In this document: in pieces, positions 8,416-18,924 of the stretch | How the letters are laid out: each line of letters begins with the position of its first letter | Numbering within the stretch: position 1 is the first letter of the stretch | DNA from: Escherichia phage E20 | DNA length: 64,000 nucleotides | Sequence record: OP745616 | Reading direction: 5' to 3' (one strand) | Position numbers and translations under genes: made by a program | The notes under the pieces: model-generated | What the model was told of the DNA's origin: nothing | What the model saw: the letters and a program-made list of their open reading frames with translations, nothing else | The model's database searches: none

Positions 8416-10983
8416 ATGTTAGTTGCAGATACTAATCAATCAGCCACTTCAGCGACACTGGGTGGCAAAGAAGCAATCGCCTTTGGCATCTCTGATGACC
8501 CGGCATTCTTTCACGTATTAAGTACTTCCTTGTATAACAACCCTACTCTGGCAGTAGTCCGTGAGACTATCTGTAACAGTTGGGATGCCCACATTGAAAC
8601 AGGTAAGACTGATACACCTATCCGTATTACCATTGATACTGACAACTTTATTACCTTCCGTGACTTTGGTAACGGAATCCCGGATGAACTCATTGGTTCC
8701 ATTTACGGTGTCTATGGTGCATCCACTAAGAAGTCCAACAGCAGTGTTACTGGTGGCTTTGGTCTGGGATGTAAATCCCCATTCGCTTATACAGATAGCT
8801 TCCAGGTTACTTCATGGAACCAAGGAAAGATGTCTGTGTATAACGTAGCTAAGGCTGCAATTGAGAATGATGGTAAACCAGGTATTGTTCCTATTGTTAC
8901 TGGTATTCCTACTGAGGAATCTGGTCTGGAAGTTAAATTCCAGTTAGGTAAGCACGACGTAAATACCTTTGTGCATTACATCACATCAATTGTGTTTAAC
9001 GGTGAAATTAAGGCCGAGCTTAGTCTTCCCAAATTAATTCGTGAAGAAACAGGTAATAGTATTCAACAAGGTGACTACACGCTACTGAATACATTAGGTA
9101 TGTCATTTGAACCTGGTTCGTATGATATGTCTGATAGCTGGTATCAAAGCTATATGGGTAGCAGTAACATCTTTGTTCGTTACGGTAACGTAATGTACCC
9201 AATAGTATCCAGCCCAGCTAGTGAAGAAGCTGTAGGTCTTATTCTCAACTTCATGAATATTATTGGTGCTGACACTTTAGTAGTTCAGGCTGCACCAGAT
9301 ACCTTAGCTATTGCCCCTAGTCGTGAAACCCTGTCTAACCAGAAGCTAACTGACGATGGTATTACTGCTCTATGTGTAGATTTAGTAGACCGTATGGAGA
9401 AAGAGATTAAGGCTAAGATTCCTGAAGCTATTAAGCAGATTGAAGAATACGCCTCTGAATCTTCTACTCAATATTGGGAATACCCATCTTTCCTGGGTGC
9501 TGTTACAGATAGAACTGTTCAACGCTATATGTCCTCCAGTTTGTGGGCTAAGCAACGTAAGCATCATATTAAGCACTGGCGTAATCTATCCAATAAGGCA
9601 TTACTAGCTCGCCCTGAGTATGCAGGTCTTAAAAAACTGTATAGTAAAGCTATGAGTGCTCTTAAGGATACTCGTGCAGATGGTACAAGATACCCATTCC
9701 AGGAATTAGTATACCGGCATCTGCACTTACCTCAGCTTGCTGCTTTAAAAGCCACTGGTATTAAGTGGTCTGGTTACATAATGAACCAAGGTTATAGTGT
9801 TGACCTGGTGAAAGGTAAACTTACTGACTACTTTAAGATAGGTTATAACTCCCATCTAGGTATTGGTATTTTCACTACTAAGAACGTTGTAGTTACTCGA
9901 CGTTTATCCGACTGTGCAGTCTCTTTCGCATACTTCCCTGAATACAGTAAAGGTGACCTGGAGCGTACAGCTTTTGTTCACGTTGTTAGTCCTAAGAAGG
10001 GAGAAGCAGAAAAAGCTGTAGCTAAGTTCACTGCTATGGGTTATCGGGTTATTAACCTTACTCAATATAATGAGTGGGACAAGCCAACTAACCTCCGCAG
10101 AGAACAAGCTAAGATAGCTGCTGAGAAACGTGCTAAGACGATAGCTGCCAATAAAACCAAAGCAGGAGGTAAAACTAATGCACTGGTTTCATTGAATGCA
10201 GTACTTGGTACTAACCCTGTACGAGATAAAAGTGGCGATTGGGTATCTAAGCCGTACATTGACGGGGGATTTGCTGACCCAGCACGCCATGAGAAATACG
10301 GTTTTGTTGAGGTAGAACAGCCTAAGTACTACGTACTAGCCAATCAGGTTGGTTCTGGTAGTCCTGTAACTGCTCGAATTGGAACCATGTGGAAATGGTA
10401 CGAGTTATCTGATGAGATGAAAGCAGAGACTGTTGTCTGTCGCAATCAAATCGAGGCTAACAAGGCCAAACGACGTGGTGCTATACACATTGATGATGTT
10501 CGTTTTAACGAACTGATGTCAGTTATTACCAGTAAAGTTTTCAAGAAATATGTTACTGAACACCGTATTGGTATTCTGGAATATGTAGGACTTGATGACA
10601 GAGAATATTGGGAAATCCTTGATATTCTGGGGCTAACCTTCAAACCATTACAGAATCTGATTTTTAAACCAGAGTATGAATGGGCATATGACTTTCTAAG
10701 GAATCGACCACATGGCTACAAAGAAAAACTTGTTGAAATGGGTTGTATTAAGTCAGTGGATGACTTAGAGCCATATACAATGATGGTTAATCCACGTAAT
10801 CATAAGTACTTTGAAATGCTTAATCAATACAAAGGATTATTCCGTTATAGCTGGGGTGCTGGTGACATACTACAGAGTCTGGACTTAGGTAGTTTAGTTA
10901 AACATCTCAAGAGAAATCCAGAGGATATTCCTGGGTTTAAGTCCCTCTACCGTAATCGTCTAAATAAACTGAAAGGTAAATAA
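8416..10983 (+). CDS. rIIA: rIIA-like protein (GHKL-type ATPase N-terminal domain)
   Basis: 855 aa; N-terminal motifs VRETICNSWDAH, RDFGNGIP, GGFGLGCKSPFAYTDSFQVTS match the conserved T4 rIIA ATPase-like block. Confidence 0.75.
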   Translation: MLVADTNQSATSATLGGKEAIAFGISDDPAFFHVLSTSLYNNPTLAVVRETICNSWDAHIETGKTDTPIRITIDTDNFITFRDFGNGIPDELIGSIYGVYGASTKKSNSSVTGGFGLGCKSPFAYTDSFQVTSWNQGKMSVYNVAKAAIENDGKPGIVPIVTGIPTEESGLEVKFQLGKHDVNTFVHYITSIVFNGEIKAELSLPKLIREETGNSIQQGDYTLLNTLGMSFEPGSYDMSDSWYQSYMGSSNIFVRYGNVMYPIVSSPASEEAVGLILNFMNIIGADTLVVQAAPDTLAIAPSRETLSNQKLTDDGITALCVDLVDRMEKEIKAKIPEAIKQIEEYASESSTQYWEYPSFLGAVTDRTVQRYMSSSLWAKQRKHHIKHWRNLSNKALLARPEYAGLKKLYSKAMSALKDTRADGTRYPFQELVYRHLHLPQLAALKATGIKWSGYIMNQGYSVDLVKGKLTDYFKIGYNSHLGIGIFTTKNVVVTRRLSDCAVSFAYFPEYSKGDLERTAFVHVVSPKKGEAEKAVAKFTAMGYRVINLTQYNEWDKPTNLRREQAKIAAEKRAKTIAANKTKAGGKTNALVSLNAVLGTNPVRDKSGDWVSKPYIDGGFADPARHEKYGFVEVEQPKYYVLANQVGSGSPVTARIGTMWKWYELSDEMKAETVVCRNQIEANKAKRRGAIHIDDVRFNELMSVITSKVFKKYVTEHRIGILEYVGLDDREYWEILDILGLTFKPLQNLIFKPEYEWAYDFLRNRPHGYKEKLVEMGCIKSVDDLEPYTMMVNPRNHKYFEMLNQYKGLFRYSWGAGDILQSLDLGSLVKHLKRNPEDIPGFKSLYRNRLNKLKGK

Positions 10984-10987
10984 TCTG

Positions 10988-13018
10988 ATGAAAATCGAAT
11001 TGATTTCTATCATCGCACTGGCAGTTGACAGTCGAAACCTTACACTGTGGAAGCCTGATGGCTCCACGGTTGTATATCCACAGAGTGACCCACGGGTTGC
11101 TCGTATTGTATCTGAAGCACAGACTAAAGGTCTGGGCACTATCCATGACCAAATAGAAGTAAACATTGCACCAGAAGTAGAGTTACGTACTGAATATCTG
11201 GAAGCAGAGAAGAACACCAACGGATTCGTCCGTTTCTTCAAGGTAGCTAAGGCTAAACTCATAGAGTTCTTCGAGGATGGTACAAGTGACCAACCAGCCC
11301 GTACCATCCCGGATATTAAGCTGGGTAATCCTACGAAAACTCTGGTGTCTAAAGCCATGGATACCTTCCTGGCTGTTCAGGCTAATGAACCAGAAGTAAC
11401 AGTAGCAGACGGTTGTTACGATAAACGTGACAATCTAATGTGGGTTACTGGCTGGGATAAAGACCATAACCATCCTGCACTGGTTCGTTTTATTAACGAC
11501 GTACTAGGTTGGGGTTATGACCATACTAACCGTATTCTTAGACGGGAATGGCCTATTGGAATTCGTGCAGTATCTGATGATGAAATGGGGGAGTTTGCTA
11601 AACAAGCCCAGAACATCAAAGGTGTACACGTTGTATTTACCAACCGTGAAGAAACACCATTGCCTTATGAGGAAGTAGTTAAAACTACGAACCAGGATAA
11701 GCTGGCTGCTGCTTCTGAGAAGTTAGCTGCATTAGGTGCTATCAGTACCGATAATGCTAACTTCCACACTGATGTGAAGGAAGATGAGGTAGTTGTTGCT
11801 GTTACCAACAATGGGGTTATCCCTGGAGTTGAGAACCTGCAACGTCACCTGCGTCAATCTGCCAAGCTAAAAGACTACAAGGGCTTTACCAAGTTCCTTG
11901 AGCGTCTAGCTCCGGTTATTAAAGACCGTTTGCACTCAGTGGAAGACCTGATGAAGTTCATGGAAACTGCTGAACTGCCTATTGCTGATGATGGTTCCAT
12001 CCTGTTCCTGAAACGCCTTAAGTTCAGAGGCGAAGAAAATGGTAAACGTGTATTCGTTGACTGTCACTCAGGCAATATCCGTCAATGGGTAGGCTGTAAG
12101 GTACAGGTACGAGAAGACCTGGTAGACCCTGACCGTCGTCAGGACTGCTCTAACGGTCTGCATGTGGCATCCATGAGTTACATCCGTACCTTCGGTGGTA
12201 ACGTAACTATTCTTGGTAAAGTAGCACCAGAAGATGTATTTGCTGTTCCTGAGTACAACACTAATAAGATGCGTGTAGCTGCGTATCACATTATTGCTGA
12301 ACTTCCAGAAGAGGAACGTATTAACGTTAACAATGGTATCTACCTGTCTAAGACAAAAGTGGGTAAGAAATTACTTAATGATGCCATCGTTGGGAACCAT
12401 AGTTCACCTACCACACTTGTTATGGTTGGTGGTCACTATGGTACTAACCTCAAATACACCAATCTCTCATCTGGTTCTGTAGAACAATTCCGTACAGTTG
12501 CTAACAAAGAAGCACTGAATATGGAAGAGTCACTCAATGAAGCTGTAGCTGCTGAACCAGTGAAGGCTACTGACCTTAAACCTATTGTTAATAAGGCCCC
12601 TACCGTGAAAGAACAAATTCAGGAACTGGTAAAAGAGTTCCTCACTGCAACAACCCCAGAAGATAAATTAGCTGCTGCTGACCTTCTGGTAGAACTGCGT
12701 TCCAAAGCCAGAAAGCCTTGGGGTGCATTCGATGTAGGTAGTGATGTAGTAGCTAAGATTGCTGATGTACGTGCAACCTATACAGCTAAGCCTGTTGGCA
12801 AACCTGTGAAGGTTAAAGCCACCAAGTCTAAGTCAGTATCTAAGGGTAAGAATGCAGACATCATTCGTTCCTGGCTCAATGATACTGGTATGTCTGATTA
12901 TCAGAAAGCCCACTCCATTCATGACCTGAAACGTGCAGCTAAGAAGTCATATGCTGCTATGGGTCTTACTGAAGAAGAGTGCAAAGCCATTGATAAGCTG
13001 AAGCACCACCTTAAGTAA
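10988..13018 (+). CDS. rIIB: rIIB-like protein
   Basis: 676-aa ORF immediately downstream of rIIA homolog (conserved rIIA-rIIB synteny); no diagnostic motif verified. Confidence 0.45.
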   Translation: MKIELISIIALAVDSRNLTLWKPDGSTVVYPQSDPRVARIVSEAQTKGLGTIHDQIEVNIAPEVELRTEYLEAEKNTNGFVRFFKVAKAKLIEFFEDGTSDQPARTIPDIKLGNPTKTLVSKAMDTFLAVQANEPEVTVADGCYDKRDNLMWVTGWDKDHNHPALVRFINDVLGWGYDHTNRILRREWPIGIRAVSDDEMGEFAKQAQNIKGVHVVFTNREETPLPYEEVVKTTNQDKLAAASEKLAALGAISTDNANFHTDVKEDEVVVAVTNNGVIPGVENLQRHLRQSAKLKDYKGFTKFLERLAPVIKDRLHSVEDLMKFMETAELPIADDGSILFLKRLKFRGEENGKRVFVDCHSGNIRQWVGCKVQVREDLVDPDRRQDCSNGLHVASMSYIRTFGGNVTILGKVAPEDVFAVPEYNTNKMRVAAYHIIAELPEEERINVNNGIYLSKTKVGKKLLNDAIVGNHSSPTTLVMVGGHYGTNLKYTNLSSGSVEQFRTVANKEALNMEESLNEAVAAEPVKATDLKPIVNKAPTVKEQIQELVKEFLTATTPEDKLAAADLLVELRSKARKPWGAFDVGSDVVAKIADVRATYTAKPVGKPVKVKATKSKSVSKGKNADIIRSWLNDTGMSDYQKAHSIHDLKRAAKKSYAAMGLTEEECKAIDKLKHHLK

Positions 13019-13033
13019 TAGCCTGTTCAAATG

Positions 13034-13064
13034 GCCTCACTTATAATAAAGTGAGGCTATCTTT
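13034..13064 (+). terminator. possible terminator (weak U-tract)
   Basis: stem gcctcac/gtgaggc with 10-nt loop then tatcttt. Confidence 0.3.
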
Positions 13065-13080
13065 GAAGAGGAAATAAGCT

Positions 13081-13476
13081 ATGTCTAAAGTATTCAGAAG
13101 TAATCGCAAAGCAACTGATGAAGACATCATTCGTATGAATGCTGTTGGTCTGTCCCTCGCAACTATCGCTAAGACGTTGGGGGTTCACCCCACTACGGTT
13201 ACTTTGCGATTGCGTTCTCTAAACATTGAACCAGCCGACACACGTCGGACGTTCATGGAGAATGTACTCCGTCCATTACCAACCCATGTGGCAGATTGGC
13301 TTTCAGAACAAGTTGGTCCTAAGTACGAGATTCGCTCATACGTAAGAGACTTGATTCTGGAGGCATATAATAATCGCCACCTTAACCAAGAGAGTGAGCA
13401 TGACAAGTTCATCCGTTTGTACGCTGGCAAAAACCGAAGCCTGGTTCAAGAAGGTAGTACCGAATCCAACGAGTAA
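13081..13476 (+). CDS. putative HTH DNA-binding protein
   Basis: 131 aa; helix-turn-helix-like segment LSLATIAKTLGVHPTTVTLRL. Confidence 0.4.
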   Translation: MSKVFRSNRKATDEDIIRMNAVGLSLATIAKTLGVHPTTVTLRLRSLNIEPADTRRTFMENVLRPLPTHVADWLSEQVGPKYEIRSYVRDLILEAYNNRHLNQESEHDKFIRLYAGKNRSLVQEGSTESNE

Positions 13477-13492
13477 GAATATTAGTACCCAG

Positions 13493-13864
13493 ATGGGTTG
13501 CCATTTGGAGGAAGTAGTAGAGATGCTGGATGTACTCCAGACTAAATATCCTGGTTACAAAAACAAGTTAGATGATGCTCGTAAACATTTACGCTTCATT
13601 TCCAACTTACTGAAACAGGAAGAAGGTAGCTTCTTCATTCAGGAAGAAGACCGTGTGGAACTACTGGACGCACTGGCAGATCAGATTGTTACAGCAACTG
13701 GCGTCGGTACTTTCCTTGGGATGAATGTCTCCGGAGCATTGGCAGAAGTAAATCGCTCAAACTATTCAAAATTTAACGCTGAAGGTGAACCAATCTTCAA
13801 CGAAAATATGAAAGTCATGAAAGGCCCATTTTATACAAAGCCTGATTTAACCCCTTACGTCTAA
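13493..13864 (+). CDS. MazG-like nucleotide pyrophosphohydrolase (all-alpha NTP-PPase) candidate
   Basis: ORF frame 13394..13864; ATG 13493 is first start after upstream stop; acidic helix motifs EEVVEMLDVL and EEDRVELLDALADQIV resemble MazG/HisE metal-binding helices; start uncertain. Confidence 0.35.
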   Translation: MGCHLEEVVEMLDVLQTKYPGYKNKLDDARKHLRFISNLLKQEEGSFFIQEEDRVELLDALADQIVTATGVGTFLGMNVSGALAEVNRSNYSKFNAEGEPIFNENMKVMKGPFYTKPDLTPYV

Positions 13865-13886
13865 CCCTCTACGGAGGGTTTTTTAC
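13864..13886 (+). terminator. rho-independent terminator
   Basis: stem accctc/gagggt with 4-nt loop then T6. Confidence 0.5.
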
Positions 13887-13897
13887 TGGAGATTTAA

Positions 13898-15208
13898 ATG
13901 TTTTCCAAACCTACCAAAGCCCCATTGAACCAGGGGCAAGAAGCGGTTGCGAAGGAGTTCTTCGACTTCCTGCTCGACCCTAATGCCACAGAGTTCGGAA
14001 TCAGTGGACCTGGAGGAACTGGTAAGACATTCCTGATGTCGCACCTGATTGATGACACTATGCCTGCATATATGGAAACCTGTTCTCTGATGGGAACCAA
14101 GCCTCTGTATAACGAAGTTGTCATGACAGCGACCACGAACAAAGCTGCTGAAGTTCTGGCTCAGGCTACTGGACGTCCAACGTCTACCTATCATTCCTTC
14201 CAGGGGCTGATTGTTAAGAATGACTTTAAGACAGGTGAGGCTAATGTCGTACCGTCTAAGTCATTCACTATTAAGAAGAACAAAATCATCTTCGTAGATG
14301 AAGCATCCATGATTGACCGTCAGTTACTTAAGTATGCTCGTGAAGGTACTCACCAGTGCAAACTGGTATTCGTAGGTGATGCTTCTCAGCTTCTGCCCGT
14401 TAAAGAGAGTAAGTCTCCAGTGTATGCAGGTAATATCCCAACACACTATCTGACTGAACAAATGCGTACCGATACACCAGAACTCAAAGCATTGCACCAG
14501 CAATTGCGTGATACGGTGGAGGGTAAGACAGGCTTCCTGCCTATTAAATGTATTCCGGGCATTATTGACTGGGTACAAGGAGAAGAGATGGAGAAACTGG
14601 TTCTCAGTCACTTCACCCAACCCACCAACAGCCGTATTGTTGCTTACACAAATGACCAGGTTATTAATTACAATAACTACATTCGTGAAGCTAATGGCTA
14701 CGTGGGTGAATACTCCATCGGTGAACAGCTTGTTTCTAACTCAGCCGTTCGCTTAGGCGTGGATGACCGTCTGTCTATCGAGCAGGACGTAAAACTCATT
14801 GACCAGGATAGCAGTACTCGCATGATTAAGGTTACAGGTGACCTGGAACTGGAAGTTCGTGATAGTACTCTCGATCTTGGTTATGGTGGTATCGTAAGTG
14901 AAGTACCAGTTCCTACCGACCCAGACTACTTTAACCGTTTGGTTAAGTGGTTAGGTAAAGAGAAGAACTGGGAACCTTATTTCCGTCTTAAAGAAACCAT
15001 TCCAGACCTCCGTGCTACTCATGCATGTACTGTTCATAAATCACAAGGCTCTACTTACGACACAATCTTCATTGATGCAGATGACCTCTCAAGCTGTCGC
15101 CAACCTGATATGGTTGCCCGTCTGCTTTACGTCGCTGTGTCCCGTGCCCGTAAGCGTGTAGTGTTCTATGGCAATCTTGCCAGTAAGTATGGTGGTCTAA
15201 CTTTCTAA
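13898..15208 (+). CDS. SF1 DNA helicase (RecD/Dda-like)
   Basis: Walker A GPGGTGKTF, Walker B IIFVDEASMI, C-terminal VHKSQGSTYD motif typical of RecD/Dda/Pif1 helicases. Confidence 0.75.
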   Translation: MFSKPTKAPLNQGQEAVAKEFFDFLLDPNATEFGISGPGGTGKTFLMSHLIDDTMPAYMETCSLMGTKPLYNEVVMTATTNKAAEVLAQATGRPTSTYHSFQGLIVKNDFKTGEANVVPSKSFTIKKNKIIFVDEASMIDRQLLKYAREGTHQCKLVFVGDASQLLPVKESKSPVYAGNIPTHYLTEQMRTDTPELKALHQQLRDTVEGKTGFLPIKCIPGIIDWVQGEEMEKLVLSHFTQPTNSRIVAYTNDQVINYNNYIREANGYVGEYSIGEQLVSNSAVRLGVDDRLSIEQDVKLIDQDSSTRMIKVTGDLELEVRDSTLDLGYGGIVSEVPVPTDPDYFNRLVKWLGKEKNWEPYFRLKETIPDLRATHACTVHKSQGSTYDTIFIDADDLSSCRQPDMVARLLYVAVSRARKRVVFYGNLASKYGGLTF

Positions 15209-15218
15209 GGGAGGGTAT

Positions 15219-15749
15219 ATGCCTCAGATTGGTTCAGCAACTATTGGTCAGGTTGCCAATAGCAGCGAAATAGTCAAGCACCTGTTCTTAGCAGAACTGG
15301 TTCGTCTTGATGGTGTGTTAAACGGTATCATTGATAAGAATGACCGTATTAATGGTGTAGATGTATCGGCTGGATTCCTTCACCAAGGGGAGTTCTATCA
15401 GCGTTCTAATGCTTCCAGACCCCCAACCTACGGAGAACGATTAACGCTTAATCCAGAACTCTGGCCTGCAATGGACAAGTATCTAAAAGCCTCCAGCCGT
15501 CTGATTATGGAAGTACACCTTGTGAACCAGACTGTATATCGACTGGTTCGTGGTTGTATGTCCTATCAGGATGTACGTGATGCTTTACCTGAATGTCTGG
15601 TAGCACAAGACCAGACTGGTCAGTACAAAGGACTACCGCGTACTCGTGAAGCAGCTTGGACTCTTGCTGGTGATGCTATGGCAATCAAACAGTATGAGAA
15701 GATTCTACCTTCTATTGAGTACTATGCAGCTTCACATCTGATCTTCTAA
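15219..15749 (+). CDS. hypothetical protein
   Basis: 176-aa ORF between helicase and polymerase; RBS gggagggta. Confidence 0.45.
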   Translation: MPQIGSATIGQVANSSEIVKHLFLAELVRLDGVLNGIIDKNDRINGVDVSAGFLHQGEFYQRSNASRPPTYGERLTLNPELWPAMDKYLKASSRLIMEVHLVNQTVYRLVRGCMSYQDVRDALPECLVAQDQTGQYKGLPRTREAAWTLAGDAMAIKQYEKILPSIEYYAASHLIF

Positions 15750-15758
15750 GGTAAAGCT

Positions 15759-18338
15759 ATGCGTTACATCACCTCTCAGGATACTGGCAAGTATCCTATT
15801 GCTATCCTCGGTCATCAAATCCGAAGGGAGGAGATGATTAAAACCTACCTGCTGCCTTATGACCTAAGCATGGAAGATTTCATCTTCCTTGAACTTCATT
15901 CTGCCCCAGGTAAGAAGAAGACTCCTGCAAGGGAGATCAAGGAGTTCATACAGCAGGAACTGCAACAAGTACTGGACGATGCAGAGACTCGGTACATTAT
16001 CTGTACCGATTCTGACTATTTCAAAATACTGACTAAAGAAGCTAAAGCAGAGGCAAACCTCGGCTATGTTTGTGATTCAGTATGGGGTAAGCAGAAGGTT
16101 ATCTATACACCCAGTTACAGACAGGTCTTTTATGACCCACCTGTAGTGAAAGCCAAGATTGCTCAGGGTATGGATGCATTACTTAACCACATTCGTGGAC
16201 AGTATGCTGAACCAGGACAGGGAATCATTGAGTTTGAAGCCTATCCAGATACGCCTGAAAAGATTAAAGCCTGGTTAGACCAGTTGCTTGAGATGAATAA
16301 GCCTCTGGCTATAGACATCGAATCCTTCGGTTTAAAGCACTATAACGCTGGTATAGGAACGATTACGTTCTGTTGGAGTAAGACACAAGGCATAGCCTTT
16401 AATGTGGACTACGAGCCGATTAAGGGGGCTACTGAAGCTCCTTATGGGCGTATCAACAGGAACGATGTTGTTCGTAACCTATTACGTGAGTTCTTCATTA
16501 AGTACACACAGCGGCAGATGTATCACAACATTAGCTATGACGTGTACATACTTATCTATCAGTTATTCATGGATAATCTGATTGATACGGAGGGCTTACT
16601 GCATGGCATGGAAATCATGCTGCGTAACTGGGACTGTACTAAGTTAATCACATATCTGGCTACTAACAGTTGTGCTGGCAATCACCTTAGTCTTAAAGAC
16701 CAGGCTCAGGAGTATGCTGGTAACTATGCTCAGGATGATATTAAAGACATTCGTCTTATTCCTAATGAGCAATTGTTACGCTACAACCTCATTGATGGTT
16801 TGTGTACGTGGTACACCTACGAGAAGCACTGGGATACTCTCATTGCTGATGACCAACTGGATGTTTACAACAACATCTTTAAACCAGCCTGTGAAGACAT
16901 TATTCAGATGCAGTTAACCGGTATGCCCATGAATATGGAAACCGTTAACCAAGTAGCTGAAGAGATGGAAACTGACAGGAACCAGGCACTGAAAACTATT
17001 CATGAGTCTAAGCTCATGAAGAACTTCACCCTGATGCTTCGTCAGGAATGGGTAGACGATAAGAATGCTAAGCTTAAGAAGAAGCAGGTAACGCTGGCTG
17101 ATTGTGACATCGAGTTTAATCCTAACTCCGGTCCACAATTACAGAAACTGTTATTTGATTATATTGGCTTACCAGTTCTTAGTCTTACTAAGAGCAAGCA
17201 ACCTGCTACTGACGGTGACACTATTAAAGCACTGCGTACACATACGCAGAGTGAAGATGTTAAGGAACTGCTCAATGCACTTATCGACTATAAACTCGTG
17301 GATAAGATTATCACTTCATTCATACCAGCTTTCCGTAATGCACAACCTGGACCAGATGGATGGCACTACCTGTTCGGTAACCTCAATCTTGGAGGAACGG
17401 TATCAGGACGTCTCTCAGCGTCCGAACCTAATCTACAGACCATCCCCAGTGGTTCTAAATATGCCAAGAAGATTAAGAAATGCTTCGAAGCACCACCAGG
17501 CTGGATATTTTGTGGACTGGACTTTGCAAGCCTTGAAGACCGTATCTCAGCTTTAACTACGAAAGACCCTCAGAAACTTAAGGTATATACCGATGGTTAC
17601 GATGGGCATAGTCTACGTGCGTATGCTTACTTTGGTGAGCAGATGCCAGACATTGTAGATACAGTTGAGTCAATTAATTCTATTCAGACGAAGTACAAGC
17701 ACTTGCGTAGTGATTCCAAAGCCCCAACGTTCTTGCTTACCTATGGTGGCACGTATATGGGCTTGATGAAAAACTGTGGCTTCTCAGAAGAGAAAGCTAA
17801 GACAACAGAGAAACGTTATCACGACCTCTATGTAGTTAGTGATATGTGGGTTCAGGCTAAGCTAGACGAAGCTGCCAAAACTGGTTATGTAACTGCTGCA
17901 TTTGGTTTGAGAGTGCGTACTCCTTTACTGGCTCAGGTATTACGTGGGACATGTAAGACTCCATATGAAGCAGAAGCTGAAGGTAGAACTGCTGGTAATG
18001 CCTTGGGGCAAAGCTGGTGTCTACTGAATAACCGTGCTGGTTCAGAGTTTATGCGTAAAGTCAGAGCCAGTGAGTTCAGATTAGATATACGTCCTAGTAT
18101 TCACATTCATGATGCTCAGTACTTCATGATTCGTGACAACATGGATACCTTGCAGTACACGAACAAGCATTTGGTTGAAGCCGTTAACTGGCAAGACCAT
18201 CCTGATATTGCTCATCCAGAAGTTGGTTTGGGTGGGGAACTATCCTTGTTTTACCCAACGTGGGCTAACGAGATTGAGATTCCAAATCACGCTACCCCAG
18301 AAGAAGTTAATCAAATAATTCAAAAGGCATTCGCATGA
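15759..18338 (+). CDS. DNA polymerase, family A (Pol I-like) with 3'-5' exonuclease domain
   Basis: 859 aa; exo motif LAIDIESFG, polymerase motif A-like LDFASLEDRI, plus conserved downstream Lys/Tyr-containing region. Confidence 0.8.
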   Translation: MRYITSQDTGKYPIAILGHQIRREEMIKTYLLPYDLSMEDFIFLELHSAPGKKKTPAREIKEFIQQELQQVLDDAETRYIICTDSDYFKILTKEAKAEANLGYVCDSVWGKQKVIYTPSYRQVFYDPPVVKAKIAQGMDALLNHIRGQYAEPGQGIIEFEAYPDTPEKIKAWLDQLLEMNKPLAIDIESFGLKHYNAGIGTITFCWSKTQGIAFNVDYEPIKGATEAPYGRINRNDVVRNLLREFFIKYTQRQMYHNISYDVYILIYQLFMDNLIDTEGLLHGMEIMLRNWDCTKLITYLATNSCAGNHLSLKDQAQEYAGNYAQDDIKDIRLIPNEQLLRYNLIDGLCTWYTYEKHWDTLIADDQLDVYNNIFKPACEDIIQMQLTGMPMNMETVNQVAEEMETDRNQALKTIHESKLMKNFTLMLRQEWVDDKNAKLKKKQVTLADCDIEFNPNSGPQLQKLLFDYIGLPVLSLTKSKQPATDGDTIKALRTHTQSEDVKELLNALIDYKLVDKIITSFIPAFRNAQPGPDGWHYLFGNLNLGGTVSGRLSASEPNLQTIPSGSKYAKKIKKCFEAPPGWIFCGLDFASLEDRISALTTKDPQKLKVYTDGYDGHSLRAYAYFGEQMPDIVDTVESINSIQTKYKHLRSDSKAPTFLLTYGGTYMGLMKNCGFSEEKAKTTEKRYHDLYVVSDMWVQAKLDEAAKTGYVTAAFGLRVRTPLLAQVLRGTCKTPYEAEAEGRTAGNALGQSWCLLNNRAGSEFMRKVRASEFRLDIRPSIHIHDAQYFMIRDNMDTLQYTNKHLVEAVNWQDHPDIAHPEVGLGGELSLFYPTWANEIEIPNHATPEEVNQIIQKAFA

Positions 18339-18640
18339 CTAAAAGTACTAAAGAAACCGTCGTCAAAAAATATCATTGGATGGTGGCAGCACAGGTAATC
18401 TTCCAGCTTCCTAAAGCTGAAGATGGTTCCCTGCTTACCATGAACACAATGCTGCTCACTGACGAACCTCATGTGACTTATAAAGATTTGGCTCGTGTCA
18501 ATCACTCCCTGAAGATTAGTCTGGACCAGCGTTTCGACACCTCGGTTGACCTGAAAGATATTGTTTATCTGTCTCTTAGCAACCTGGGTCTGATGTCTGA
18601 ACCAGAGTTCCAGGCAAACATGATTCCCAAGGGGGAATAA
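18335..18640 (+). CDS. hypothetical protein
   Basis: 101-aa ORF; ATGA overlap with polymerase gene. Confidence 0.4.
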   Translation: MTKSTKETVVKKYHWMVAAQVIFQLPKAEDGSLLTMNTMLLTDEPHVTYKDLARVNHSLKISLDQRFDTSVDLKDIVYLSLSNLGLMSEPEFQANMIPKGE

Positions 18641-18924
18641 TGACTAAGCTCTCCGGTGGTCTTAATAACTACTATGTAGTTCCAATTAAGAATCCCCAAC
18701 GGAAAGAGCAAGAGCCATATCAAGCAGAGTGTGAGGATATTATCCAAGCACTGGGCATGACCTTCGATGAAGGTTGTGCCTTTAAAGCTCTATGGCGAAA
18801 TGCTGCTGCCCGTATGGGTAATGGTAAACCAGGTAACTCTTCGGTGTACGACTCAGAGAAGATTGTGCACTATGCCAATCGAATATTGAAAAAGGCTTAT
18901 AATGAAGATAACCAACAATCATGA
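18640..18924 (+). CDS. hypothetical protein
   Basis: 94-aa ORF; start overlaps upstream stop. Confidence 0.4.
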   Translation: MTKLSGGLNNYYVVPIKNPQRKEQEPYQAECEDIIQALGMTFDEGCAFKALWRNAAARMGNGKPGNSSVYDSEKIVHYANRILKKAYNEDNQQS

